Shown here: in pieces, positions 19,654-28,402 of the stretch
How the letters are laid out: every line of letters begins with the position of its first letter
Numbering within the stretch: the stretch's first letter is position 1
Source: Pseudobdellovibrionaceae bacterium
Lineage (GTDB): Bacteria; Bdellovibrionota; Bdellovibrionia; Bdellovibrionales; Bdellovibrionaceae
Length of the DNA stretch: 64,000 nt
Assembly (NCBI GenBank): GCA_039810425.1
Contig: JBDHWW010000006.1
Span: forward strand, 25,800 to 89,799
Direction: 5' to 3'
Translations under genes and position numbers: made by a program
The notes under the pieces: model-generated
Databases searched by the model: none
Told to the model about the DNA's origin: nothing
The model's input: only the letters and a program-made list of their open reading frames with translations

Positions 19654-20634
19654 CTAGCGAAGATGTTTTTTCAGGTTATTAATCAGGCCCCAGTTCTTGA
19701 CTATTTTTGAAACTTCAGCCGGATTCACGTTAATAAAAATGCCGGACTCTTCCATGATTTTTTCTGAAACAAGTTTCTTCTCGATAGCGGGATTAAGTTC
19801 TTCAACGCGGATCAGGCGGCCAAGGTCTTTCATCGAATCATTCTGGATGTCGTTCACATTCACTTTGTGAAAACCTTTCGCGTCCGGTTGAACTTTCTCG
19901 GCAAAGTGAAGGATACCATCCATGATTTTGCACTCTTCATCCCTCAGGGAAATCTTTTCTTTGTCAGAGCTAAAGAGCCACTCCGTGTACCAGTCAACGA
20001 ACTCAAACAGGTAGTCTGGTTGAAGATTGATCATCTTCTGGCGGCCTTCACCGAGATCTTCAATCGTCATGTAGCCCAGTGTTTTCAAAGCGGCTGTCAT
20101 GCTATTCATCTTGTTCGTTGCTTCTTGGAAAACTTGAATCGTATAACGGCGTAAAACGCCTGCGGGAACGGAAACGCCGCCCTCTTCAGGTTTGCCGTAT
20201 TTGTGACCCACAAGATTAATCAGGGACAAAAGTTTTGTCACCGTGTGAGGTGGGAAACGATCTTCTTCTTGGCCCGCGGGGTTCTCGAGCATTTTGATTT
20301 TCTTATTTGCTTCGCGCAGATTTTCGTTCATGGTTCGCATGATCGCCTTGACCCAAACAGGCAGGGAATCCATTTGTGAGTTGAGGCCCTCGTAAGGAAG
20401 AGAAATAACTTCGGAATCTTTCATCGCTTTGACATTCGCACTGCGCGGCTTTTTGTCAAAGATCGCCATTTCGCCGACCATGGAGCCTGGACCGATTTCC
20501 GCAAGAATAACCTCGGAAGTTCCTTTGGTTTTGGTGACGGCTAACATCCCGGACTTAACAATGTACATTGCATCCGGCGCATCTCCTTCGCGGAATAAGT
20601 AGGTATCTTTTGCGACTTTTTTGCCGTCAGCCAC
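19654..20634 (-). CDS. Cyclic nucleotide-binding (Crp/Fnr-like) domain protein
   Basis: LFREGD, MYIVKSG and intact phosphate-binding cassette GEMAIFDKKPRSA; GTG start with a GAGGGG RBS. Confidence 0.85.
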   Translation of the reverse strand: MADGKKVAKDTYLFREGDAPDAMYIVKSGMLAVTKTKGTSEVILAEIGPGSMVGEMAIFDKKPRSANVKAMKDSEVISLPYEGLNSQMDSLPVWVKAIMRTMNENLREANKKIKMLENPAGQEEDRFPPHTVTKLLSLINLVGHKYGKPEEGGVSVPAGVLRRYTIQVFQEATNKMNSMTAALKTLGYMTIEDLGEGRQKMINLQPDYLFEFVDWYTEWLFSSDKEKISLRDEECKIMDGILHFAEKVQPDAKGFHKVNVNDIQNDSMKDLGRLIRVEELNPAIEKKLVSEKIMEESGIFINVNPAEVSKIVKNWGLINNLKKHLR

Positions 20635-20814
20635 GATCTTCCCCTCGCTAAAACTCTTTCCATAAGTATGACTTTAATCGATTCACCCGGCAAATAGACC
20701 TCGACCATAGGCTCGTGATTCGAGGAGGTGTTTCGTGTGCGTGTGTTTAATTTCGCAATATTTCGTCATAGGCCGCGTAACAACGTTCACTATGTTGGAT
20801 GGTGGAGGTTCTCT

Positions 20815-21045
20815 ATGAAAACAGTTATGGCTATTTTGTTATTGCCGATCGTGGCTCTTTGGAGTTTTGTTGCTGGGGCTGAACAGCGTCCGGATAGGTC
20901 CACGGCAATGGGGGTGGCGATTGTTGCTGACCATGCAGGTCAGTGCCCTTATGGCTATAAGGAGGTGCCGACTTATAAGTGGGATAAATCGGCACATCGC
21001 TGGGTGTATGTGGGTTACACTTGCTATCCCTCGGGTGGGTACTAG
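20815..21045 (+). CDS. Small secreted protein (76 aa) with one Cys pair
   Basis: GGAGG RBS; signal peptide MKTVMAILLLPIVALWSFVAGA; QCPYGY...YTCYP. Confidence 0.65.
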   Translation: MKTVMAILLLPIVALWSFVAGAEQRPDRSTAMGVAIVADHAGQCPYGYKEVPTYKWDKSAHRWVYVGYTCYPSGGY

Positions 21046-21289
21046 ACGTCGGTATTTTTTTGCTTCATAGGCCCTCGAGAGCCGAAGCTATTCGCCTTTG
21101 TAATAGCGAATCTCGGTTGATGATGCGTTCTTTGAAGCTGCGGCCCACGGGATTAATAAAAAAGTTAAAGGCAGTGAGGGTTGTAGCTGTCTCGTAGATT
21201 TCGGTGCACTCCTTGGCCGTTGGCGTGTTGCAAATTGTGGAGCTCGCCAACGCGAAGGCGTCGCTGGCGGTATTGACTGGTTGCATCCG

Positions 21290-21307
21290 AAAAAGGTACG
21301 GCGTACC
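21290..21307 (-). terminator. Possible intrinsic terminator of atoB-scoA-scoB
   Basis: Minus strand GGTAC-GCC-GTACC-TTTTT directly after the scoB stop. Confidence 0.45.
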
Positions 21308-21308
21308 C

Positions 21309-21965
21309 TCAGAACTTCATGGGTTTGCAGTCGGGGGCGATGGTCATCTTGCCTTCGGTGGCGGCAAGGACTTTCTCGGGAGTTAAATCTGGAGCGTACT
21401 CGCGTAAAACGAAGCCGTTCGGAGTGACGTCGATCACGCCGAAATCAGAAACGATTTTCTTAATGCAGTTTACACCCGTTAAAGGCAGCGTGCACTTCGT
21501 GCGAAGTTTGGAGTTACCTTCTTTGTCGGTGTGTTGCATAGCCACGATCACGTTTTTTGCGCCTGCAACGAGATCCATCGCGCCGCCCATGCCTTTGATC
21601 ATTTTGCCTGGAACCATCCAGTTGGCGATACTGCCAGTCTCGTCGACTTCCATGGCGCCAAGAACGGTTAAGTTCACGTGGCCACCGCGGATCATAGCAA
21701 AGCTGTCCGCCGAGCTAAAATAACTCGCACCAGGGGCTGCTGTGACGGTTTGTTTTCCGGCGTTGATAAGATCTGGATCGATTTCACTTTCAAGTGGGAA
21801 CGGACCCATACCAAGAAGGCCGTTTTCACTCTGTAACATAACGGATTTTGTTGGCGGAATAAAGTTCGCCACCAATGTCGGGATGCCGATGCCGAGATTT
21901 ACGGTGTAACCATCTTCCACTTCTTGAGCGATACGCTGAGCGATTTGATCACGATTTAATGGCAT
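21309..21965 (-). CDS. scoB: 3-oxoacid CoA-transferase subunit B
   Basis: VNLGIGIPT, SENG (catalytic Glu), INAGK and GMGGAMDL motifs. Confidence 0.95.
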   Translation of the reverse strand: MPLNRDQIAQRIAQEVEDGYTVNLGIGIPTLVANFIPPTKSVMLQSENGLLGMGPFPLESEIDPDLINAGKQTVTAAPGASYFSSADSFAMIRGGHVNLTVLGAMEVDETGSIANWMVPGKMIKGMGGAMDLVAGAKNVIVAMQHTDKEGNSKLRTKCTLPLTGVNCIKKIVSDFGVIDVTPNGFVLREYAPDLTPEKVLAATEGKMTIAPDCKPMKF

Positions 21966-21969
21966 GATA

Positions 21970-22671
21970 TTATCCCTTTCTCACGGTCTTTTGTTCGATG
22001 CGTTTTTCGTAGCCTTTTCCTTGGAAAATGCGCTGAACGAAAACACCCGGCGTGTGAATTTGATCTGGATCCAATTCGCCCACCTCAACAAGCTCTTCAA
22101 CTTCTGCGACAGTGATTTTGCCCGCAGTTGCAGCCATCGGATTAAAGTTGCGAGCGGTTTTGCGGAAGATCAAATTACCGAACTTGTCGCCTTTCCAAGC
22201 TTTCACAAGAGCAAAGTCACCCACGATACCGCGTTCAAGCACGTAGTCACGGCCGTCGAAGTTTTTAATTTCTTTGCCTTCAGCGACCAAAGTGCCCACG
22301 CCGGTTGGTGTGTAGAATCCGGCGATGCCGGCGCCGCCCGCGCGGATGCGCTCAGCCAGTGTGCCTTGCGGGCAGAATTCCAACTCAAGCTCGCCCTTCA
22401 TAAATTGTTTTTCAAACGTCGCGTTTTCACCCACGTAAGAAGAAATCATTTTTTTGATCTGATGAGTGTGCAAAAGGATGCCCAGGCCAAAATCATCTAC
22501 ACCCGCGTTGTTAGAAACGCAGGTCAGGCCTTTCACGCCAAGCTCTTTAAGCGCCTGGATGCTATTTTCTGGAATACCACAAAGACCAAAACCCCCAACG
22601 ACGAGGGTCATGTTGTCTTTGATGCCTTCAAGGGCTGACTTGGCGTCAGCGTAGACTTTGCTCTTAGACAT
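21970..22671 (-). CDS. scoA: 3-oxoacid CoA-transferase subunit A
   Basis: [29 protein letters not shown] and ARNFNP; ATG 22671. Confidence 0.95.
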   Translation of the reverse strand: MSKSKVYADAKSALEGIKDNMTLVVGGFGLCGIPENSIQALKELGVKGLTCVSNNAGVDDFGLGILLHTHQIKKMISSYVGENATFEKQFMKGELELEFCPQGTLAERIRAGGAGIAGFYTPTGVGTLVAEGKEIKNFDGRDYVLERGIVGDFALVKAWKGDKFGNLIFRKTARNFNPMAATAGKITVAEVEELVEVGELDPDQIHTPGVFVQRIFQGKGYEKRIEQKTVRKG

Positions 22672-22676
22672 GATGA

Positions 22677-23852
22677 CTATACTTTCTCTACGATGACAGC
22701 GACTGCTTCGCCGCCACCGATGCACAAGGTAGCTAGACCGTAACGTTTGTTTTTAGAGTGAAGTGCATGCACCAAAGTAGTCATGATACGGGCACCGCTG
22801 GCGCCGATCGGGTGGCCGATGGCGACCGCGCCGCCATAGACGTTCACTTTTTCAGCGGGGATTTCAAGTTCTTTCATCGCCACTTGTGTCACCACAGCAA
22901 AGGCTTCGTTGATCTCCCAAAGATCAATCTCGGCCATTTTCAAGTGGGCGTTTTGCAATGCTTTTTTGATCGCACCAACAGGCGCGGTTGTGAAGTACTT
23001 GGGGTCTTGGGCGAACGTCGCTTGGGCAACAATTTTCGCCAGCGGTTTTGCGCCACGAGCTTTCGCCGTGCTTTCAGTCATCAAGACCAAAGCGGCAGCG
23101 CCATCGTTGATTTTAGAAGCATTGGCCGCCGTGATCGTGCCATCTTTTTCAAATGCCGGGCGAAGGCCAGGGATTTTATCGAAGTTCGTGTTGAACGGCT
23201 CTTCATCTTTATCGACAGTCACAGCACCTTTTTTAGATTCGATGGTCACTGGAGCAATTTCATTTTTGAAAATGCCGGCGTTGATCGCAGCTTGAGCTTT
23301 TTTGTAAGAGTCGATAGCAAACGCATCTTGTTGTTCGCGTGTGAAATGATTTTCTTTCACGCAGATTTCAGCCGCACTTCCCATGTGGAAGTTGTTGTAG
23401 GGATCCCAAAGACCATCTTTGATCATAGAGTCAACCATCGTCGCAGGCCCCATGCGGTAACCAGAACGTGAATTTTCAAGCAAGTGTGGCGCCATAGACA
23501 TGTTTTCTTGGCCACCAGCAACGGCGATTTTGGTGTGACCCAATTGCAAAGAGTCCGCAGCCAGCATTATCGCTTTCAGGCCTGAACCACAAACTTTATT
23601 GATCGTCATGCACGGAGTGGAGTTTTTAAGACCCGCAAATAAAGCCGCTTGACGAGCCGGAGCCTGGCCAACCCCCGCAGTGAGAACTTCACCCATGATG
23701 CACTCATCGATTTCGTCCGGAGAAACTTTAGCGCGGTTCAATGCTTCCTTGATGGCGATGGCGCCCAATTTTGGGGCAGGCAACGTGCTCAAAGCTCCTT
23801 GAAAAGAGGCTACTGGTGTACGCACGGCGCTAACAATCACAACGTTTTCCAT
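22677..23852 (-). CDS. atoB: Acetyl-CoA C-acetyltransferase (thiolase)
   Basis: [21 protein letters not shown] and LCIGGG motifs. Confidence 0.95.
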   Translation of the reverse strand: MENVVIVSAVRTPVASFQGALSTLPAPKLGAIAIKEALNRAKVSPDEIDECIMGEVLTAGVGQAPARQAALFAGLKNSTPCMTINKVCGSGLKAIMLAADSLQLGHTKIAVAGGQENMSMAPHLLENSRSGYRMGPATMVDSMIKDGLWDPYNNFHMGSAAEICVKENHFTREQQDAFAIDSYKKAQAAINAGIFKNEIAPVTIESKKGAVTVDKDEEPFNTNFDKIPGLRPAFEKDGTITAANASKINDGAAALVLMTESTAKARGAKPLAKIVAQATFAQDPKYFTTAPVGAIKKALQNAHLKMAEIDLWEINEAFAVVTQVAMKELEIPAEKVNVYGGAVAIGHPIGASGARIMTTLVHALHSKNKRYGLATLCIGGGEAVAVIVEKV

Positions 23853-23956
23853 AAATTCTCCTTTATTTGAAAGAAACTGTAGCTAGAACCCGACCAATCT
23901 TTTATATTTTCGAGAGAGAGTCAAATAGACGCTCATAGATTAAACGGAGTGACACA

Positions 23957-25000
23957 ATGAAGTGTAACGACACGCAATTCAATCAGCCTGTAAAACGGAA
24001 TTTCTCTGCCCTGGTTTTAGCTGTTTTAATATCAGCACTTGTTTTTGTTCCAAGCAAACAAGCCGAGGCGGCTTTGGCCTTTGAAGTCGCTCCCCAGGAT
24101 GTCGATCGCATCGTCGTTGTTGGTTTAGAGGCGCACGTGCAGTTAAATGCGCAACCGAATGCTCCGAAACTGCGCGTGTCAGGGATCGACGATACGAGTG
24201 ATCCGGGCAATTTTGCCCTCGAGAAGAAAGACCGCGTTCTGTTTATTAAGATGCAGGAATATGCTGATAAAAAAGAATGGAAAGAGGCTCTCAGCCGCGC
24301 ACCAAAGCGCAAGACTTTGGAGTTTGTCGGTGCCTCTATTCCAGTTGAAATTCAGTTGCGTGAAGGCCAGGTGAGCAGCCAAAAGTGGAGCAAAGAACTT
24401 AAAGTATCCCTTGTAAAGGGCCGCGTGACCGCCATGGGTGGCTCGGCGTCCTTAAGTATCCAACTGCAAAACGGCGATGCGACGATCCAGGATCAGAGCT
24501 CGAAGGTGGCGGCGGATGTTTACAAAGGCAATTTGATGGTTCGAAACCTGCAAGGGGATCTTGAGGGCAGTGTTTACGCGGGCACGATGACGGTTGAAAA
24601 ATCGAAAGGTGTTTTGACTCTGAACACAACCCGGTCCACGGCTAAAATCCTTCATAGCTCAGGTACTTTGCAGTTCGAAAACGTCCAAGGAAGCATTGTT
24701 GCCCAGCAGTTTGCCGGCCGCGTGGATGGTCAAACGGGAGAGGGCCCTGTGAGCCTCGGAATTCTTCCTGACACAGATGTCCATGTGAAGGCGGCCTCTG
24801 GTCGTGTTTCGGTACAGACTGTGGCGGGCAGCGGAGCGATGCTAAATCTGCTTACCACGGACGGGGAGATCACGGTCCCTGGCGAAATTAAGGTCAATCG
24901 TTCGGCGACGGAAAAGACCGTGCGCGGCCGCCTCAAGGGTGGGGAACAAAAAGGCAGTATTGTGGTCCGTTCCCAAGAGGGAAATATTGTTGTTAAATAA
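23957..25000 (+). CDS. Exported DUF4097/adhesin-like beta-strand repeat protein
   Basis: Signal-like segment followed by repeated G-x-(V/I)-x-(V/I) strands, ending SQEGNIVVK. Confidence 0.7.
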   Translation: MKCNDTQFNQPVKRNFSALVLAVLISALVFVPSKQAEAALAFEVAPQDVDRIVVVGLEAHVQLNAQPNAPKLRVSGIDDTSDPGNFALEKKDRVLFIKMQEYADKKEWKEALSRAPKRKTLEFVGASIPVEIQLREGQVSSQKWSKELKVSLVKGRVTAMGGSASLSIQLQNGDATIQDQSSKVAADVYKGNLMVRNLQGDLEGSVYAGTMTVEKSKGVLTLNTTRSTAKILHSSGTLQFENVQGSIVAQQFAGRVDGQTGEGPVSLGILPDTDVHVKAASGRVSVQTVAGSGAMLNLLTTDGEITVPGEIKVNRSATEKTVRGRLKGGEQKGSIVVRSQEGNIVVK

Positions 25001-25041
25001 TCAGTTGACAGGGCCTTTGTAATCATTCAAGGCTCTTTTCT

Positions 25042-25992
25042 ATGGCAAAGACAAAAAAGAAACCAGTTCCTGCAAAGAGTGCTCCTAAAAAAACAGCGGC
25101 GGCAAAAAGCGTCGCAAAACCAGCAGCTAAACATACTGCGGCAAAAAAACCGGTAGCGAAAGCGGCGGCTAAATCTGCCAAAAACGATGCGAAGCATAAA
25201 AAACCTATTGCTGGTAAGGTGGCGAAAGCTTCGGAAAAGTCGGCTGCTAAAAAAGCTGTTTCAGCGCCGCCCGCGAAGACCAAGGCGGGTGCTTCGGTTC
25301 CTGCAAAGAAGGCCGCAGCAGCGGCTTCCGCAAAACCTGAAAAAAAGGCCCCGGAAAAAGAAACTAAAAAGGCCTCGCCGGAACCAGCCACGGCAAAAGC
25401 GGCAGCGCCGAAAAAGGGTGTGGCTCCGAAAAAAGCAGGGAAGCCTAAGAAAGAGGACGCAGATACAGACGATGATTTCGTCAGCGATGATGATTTTGCC
25501 GGTGCCGATGAAATTGGCGAGTACGAAGAGGAATTAAAAGCTGTTGAAGAATTGGATGAAGAATCCGTTGACGACGAAGCTTGGGCCACGGAGAGCAAAG
25601 ACAAGGGTGATGAAGAAATCATTCTCACGGATGCGGAAGGTCGTCGCTATTGCCGTTCGCGCGATTGCGACCAAATAGGAATTGTGGATGGCTACTGCCG
25701 TTACCACTACTTGCTGTTCTGGAAGAAAATCCAAGTTCGTAAGAAAATTTTAGCCGATGGAAAGCTCGAGAGATACGTTGAGGAGCTCACTGCGAGATAT
25801 CCGAATAAGTTCCTTGAGATGATCCGTCGCGACCTTCGTACGGAGAAAGACTTTCTGGCGGCCATTCAAGAGCTCGAAATCGATGAGAGTGCGGGTGAGA
25901 ATGAGTTCGAAGAGGATACTAACGCCTACATCGAAGAAGTTCGCGGTATGGGCGAAGGTGGCTCAACGGGTGTTGACGAGGAAGAGTTCTAA
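25042..25992 (+). CDS. Protein with an H1-like Lys/Ala/Pro tail, acidic tract and putative CCCH zinc domain
   Basis: About 135 aa of KKxAAK-type low complexity, then a D/E tract, C-x4-C-x9-C-x2-H, a helical domain and an acidic tail. Confidence 0.8.
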   Translation: MAKTKKKPVPAKSAPKKTAAAKSVAKPAAKHTAAKKPVAKAAAKSAKNDAKHKKPIAGKVAKASEKSAAKKAVSAPPAKTKAGASVPAKKAAAAASAKPEKKAPEKETKKASPEPATAKAAAPKKGVAPKKAGKPKKEDADTDDDFVSDDDFAGADEIGEYEEELKAVEELDEESVDDEAWATESKDKGDEEIILTDAEGRRYCRSRDCDQIGIVDGYCRYHYLLFWKKIQVRKKILADGKLERYVEELTARYPNKFLEMIRRDLRTEKDFLAAIQELEIDESAGENEFEEDTNAYIEEVRGMGEGGSTGVDEEEF

Positions 25993-26073
25993 AGAACCCT
26001 TCCTTGGAATATGGAGCCAGTTCCATAGTGATAAGTTAAATGATGAGCCAAATAACGAGTCAAAAGTGAATGG

Positions 26074-26106
26074 AATGGGACCCAAAAGGTCCCATTTTTC
26101 TTTTTT
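26074..26106 (+). terminator. Rho-independent terminator
   Basis: AATGGGACC-CAAAA-GGTCCCATT followed by TTTCTTTTTT. Confidence 0.75.
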
Positions 26107-26156
26107 GCTTCCGCAGGTCCACACTTCCTCTTACAATTTTATGAGAGGATGTTTTT

Positions 26157-27398
26157 ATGATCACGTTTTTTGGCGCCCCTCTCTTAGTCTTGAGCCTTTG
26201 CACGTCTTCGGTTTTTGGAGCAGATAAGGACCTCTCTTGGTCGGAGTTCGTCACCCGGGCCAAAGAAAACAATGAAGAGTTGTTGTCCGCGCAGAGGGAT
26301 CTGCAATCGTCTGAGTATTCTGTGAAGGGGTCTTACTACAATTACCTGCCACAAGTGAGTGCTTCTGCTTCGGCAAGCCGAGGCGGCACGGAGGATGATT
26401 ACGGTGTTACGCTGACTGCGACGCAAAACGTCTTCTCGGGATTTTCTGACGCCGGCAAAGTGGCTCAGAATAAAGCGAACTATGACCTCGCCAGAACGTC
26501 GCTGCAATCCACGCAAGCAAAGGTGAGCTACGACCTTAAATCGGCGGTTGCGGACCTTGTCTATGCACAAAACTACGTGAAGCTCGCAAAAGGGATCATA
26601 GATCGCCGGGAGCTGAATCTCAAAATGGTCCAGCTTCGTTTTGATGGGGGCCGAGAAAATAAAGGCTCGTTGCTCTTGTCAAAAGCGTACTTGGAAGATG
26701 CCCGCTTGGATTATCTCCAAGCGACACAGGAACTTTCCGTCGCTCAATCGCGGATTGCCAAGACTCTTGGCGAAGAGGATGTGAATAGCTACATCCTGAA
26801 CGGCAAAGTGCCGGTGACGATACCGTCAGAGACGAAGCCTGATTTCCAAAAACTTGTTTTAGACACTCCGGTGTATAAAGCCGCGACGGCCCAAGAGGAT
26901 GTCTCAAAAGCCAGTGTGACTCAGTCAGAGTCCGGCTTTTATCCTTCTTTGAACTTGTCGGCGACGACTGGCAAGTCGGGTCCGAGCTGGTTTCCGGATC
27001 AAGAGAGTTGGTCGGTGGGTGCTTCGCTCAGTATGCCGATCTTTAACGGCGGTCGAGATTATTTTTCAACCCGTCGTTCGCTGGAGTCTTTAAAGGCCAG
27101 CACGTTGACAAAAAGTAGCACGCTGAAAGATCAACTGGTGAAATTGAAAGACACTTACGTGTCCTATGTTCAGGCCGTGCAAAAGCTCAAAGTCGATGGA
27201 GCCTACGTCGAGGCGGCGGAAGCACGCGAGAAAATTTCGCGCCAGAAGTATAACAACGGCCTTTCGACTTTTGATGACTGGGACTTGATCGAGAGCGATC
27301 TGATTAAGCGTCAGAAGAGTTTTTTACAGAGTGAGCGCGATCGCGTTGTTTCTGAAGCTGCGTGGGAGCAAGTTCAGGGTAAAGGAGTTTTGCAATGA
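26157..27398 (+). CDS. TolC-family outer-membrane efflux protein
   Basis: Two OEP repeats (YLPQVS, FYPSLNL, PIFNGG); first gene of a tripartite operon. Confidence 0.9.
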   Translation: MITFFGAPLLVLSLCTSSVFGADKDLSWSEFVTRAKENNEELLSAQRDLQSSEYSVKGSYYNYLPQVSASASASRGGTEDDYGVTLTATQNVFSGFSDAGKVAQNKANYDLARTSLQSTQAKVSYDLKSAVADLVYAQNYVKLAKGIIDRRELNLKMVQLRFDGGRENKGSLLLSKAYLEDARLDYLQATQELSVAQSRIAKTLGEEDVNSYILNGKVPVTIPSETKPDFQKLVLDTPVYKAATAQEDVSKASVTQSESGFYPSLNLSATTGKSGPSWFPDQESWSVGASLSMPIFNGGRDYFSTRRSLESLKASTLTKSSTLKDQLVKLKDTYVSYVQAVQKLKVDGAYVEAAEAREKISRQKYNNGLSTFDDWDLIESDLIKRQKSFLQSERDRVVSEAAWEQVQGKGVLQ

Positions 27399-28393
27399 GC
27401 GCTGTGACCAATTCGCAAAAGAAATCAAAACAAAATCTCCTGTGGGGAATTTTGATTCTGGTCCTCGTTGGCACTGGCTGGGGCTATTACGTTTACAACA
27501 AAAAGAAGAGCGAAGTCGTGAGTTACAAGTATTTGCCGGTGAAGCGGGGCAATTTAGAGGTCACGATTCTTGCGACGGGAACCGTTCAACCTGAAAACCG
27601 ACTTGAAATAAAAGCACCGGTCGCCGGCCGCATGGACAATATCTATATTCGCGAAGGCGAAAAGGTTCGTAAGGGCCAGGTTATTGCTTCGATGAGCTCA
27701 ACAGAGCGTGCGGCGATGTTGGATGCCGCCCGTGCCAAAGGGGCCGAAGAATACAAATCTTGGGCTGAGCTCTATCTGCCGACACCGATCATGGCGCCGA
27801 TCTCCGGAACCATTATCCTCCGAAACGTCGAGCCTGGCCAGACATTCACGACAACGGATGCCATTTTCACGATGTCCGACCGTCTGACGGTGAAAGCGCA
27901 GGTCGATGAAACGGATATTTCAAAAGTGAAATTGAAACAAGAAGCGCAAATCGTCCTTGATGCCTATCCTGATAAGAAAATCAAAGCGCAGGCCGATCAG
28001 ATTGCGTTTGACTCAAAAACTGTGAATAGTGTCACGACCTATATCGTTGATGTGCTGCCGTCTGAGACTCCGGAGTATATGCGAAGCGGGATGACGGCCA
28101 ACGTGACTTTCTATGTGGAGTCCAAGCAGAACATCCTGTTGGTATCAAACGAGGCGCTCAAAGTCGAGCGCGGGCAAACAGTGGTAGTGGTGAAGGGGCC
28201 CGAGGGGCAACCGCAAACCCGCGATGTACAACTCGGCACATCCGATGGAAGGCTTAGCGAAGTGCTGGAGGGCCTTGAGGAAGGTGATGTTGCGATGGTT
28301 CCTGAGGTGAAACTCAGCCGCGAGAAAAAAGGCACCAATCCATTTTCTCCGATGGGCGGGGCCCGGCCTCCGGGATCCCGCGGAGGCCGATAG
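27395..28393 (+). CDS. macA: MacA-like periplasmic adaptor (MFP)
   Basis: N-terminal TM; ATGTVQP, APISG, VDETDI, MRSGMTA and GLEEGD motifs. Confidence 0.85.
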   Translation: MSAVTNSQKKSKQNLLWGILILVLVGTGWGYYVYNKKKSEVVSYKYLPVKRGNLEVTILATGTVQPENRLEIKAPVAGRMDNIYIREGEKVRKGQVIASMSSTERAAMLDAARAKGAEEYKSWAELYLPTPIMAPISGTIILRNVEPGQTFTTTDAIFTMSDRLTVKAQVDETDISKVKLKQEAQIVLDAYPDKKIKAQADQIAFDSKTVNSVTTYIVDVLPSETPEYMRSGMTANVTFYVESKQNILLVSNEALKVERGQTVVVVKGPEGQPQTRDVQLGTSDGRLSEVLEGLEEGDVAMVPEVKLSREKKGTNPFSPMGGARPPGSRGGR

Positions 28394-28402
28394 GAAGGTC
28401 GC

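Noticed and set aside
21065..21286. 73-aa minus-strand ORF after scoB
   Set aside because: No RBS, starts just past the putative terminator, and has no recognisable motif.
21964..23471. Long plus-strand ORFs antisense to scoA/atoB (224 and 237 aa)
   Set aside because: Shadow frames of highly conserved genes, with no motifs or RBS.
25023..25628. 201-aa minus-strand Ala/Phe/Ser-rich ORF
   Set aside because: Mirror of the low-complexity K/A/E gene on the plus strand.
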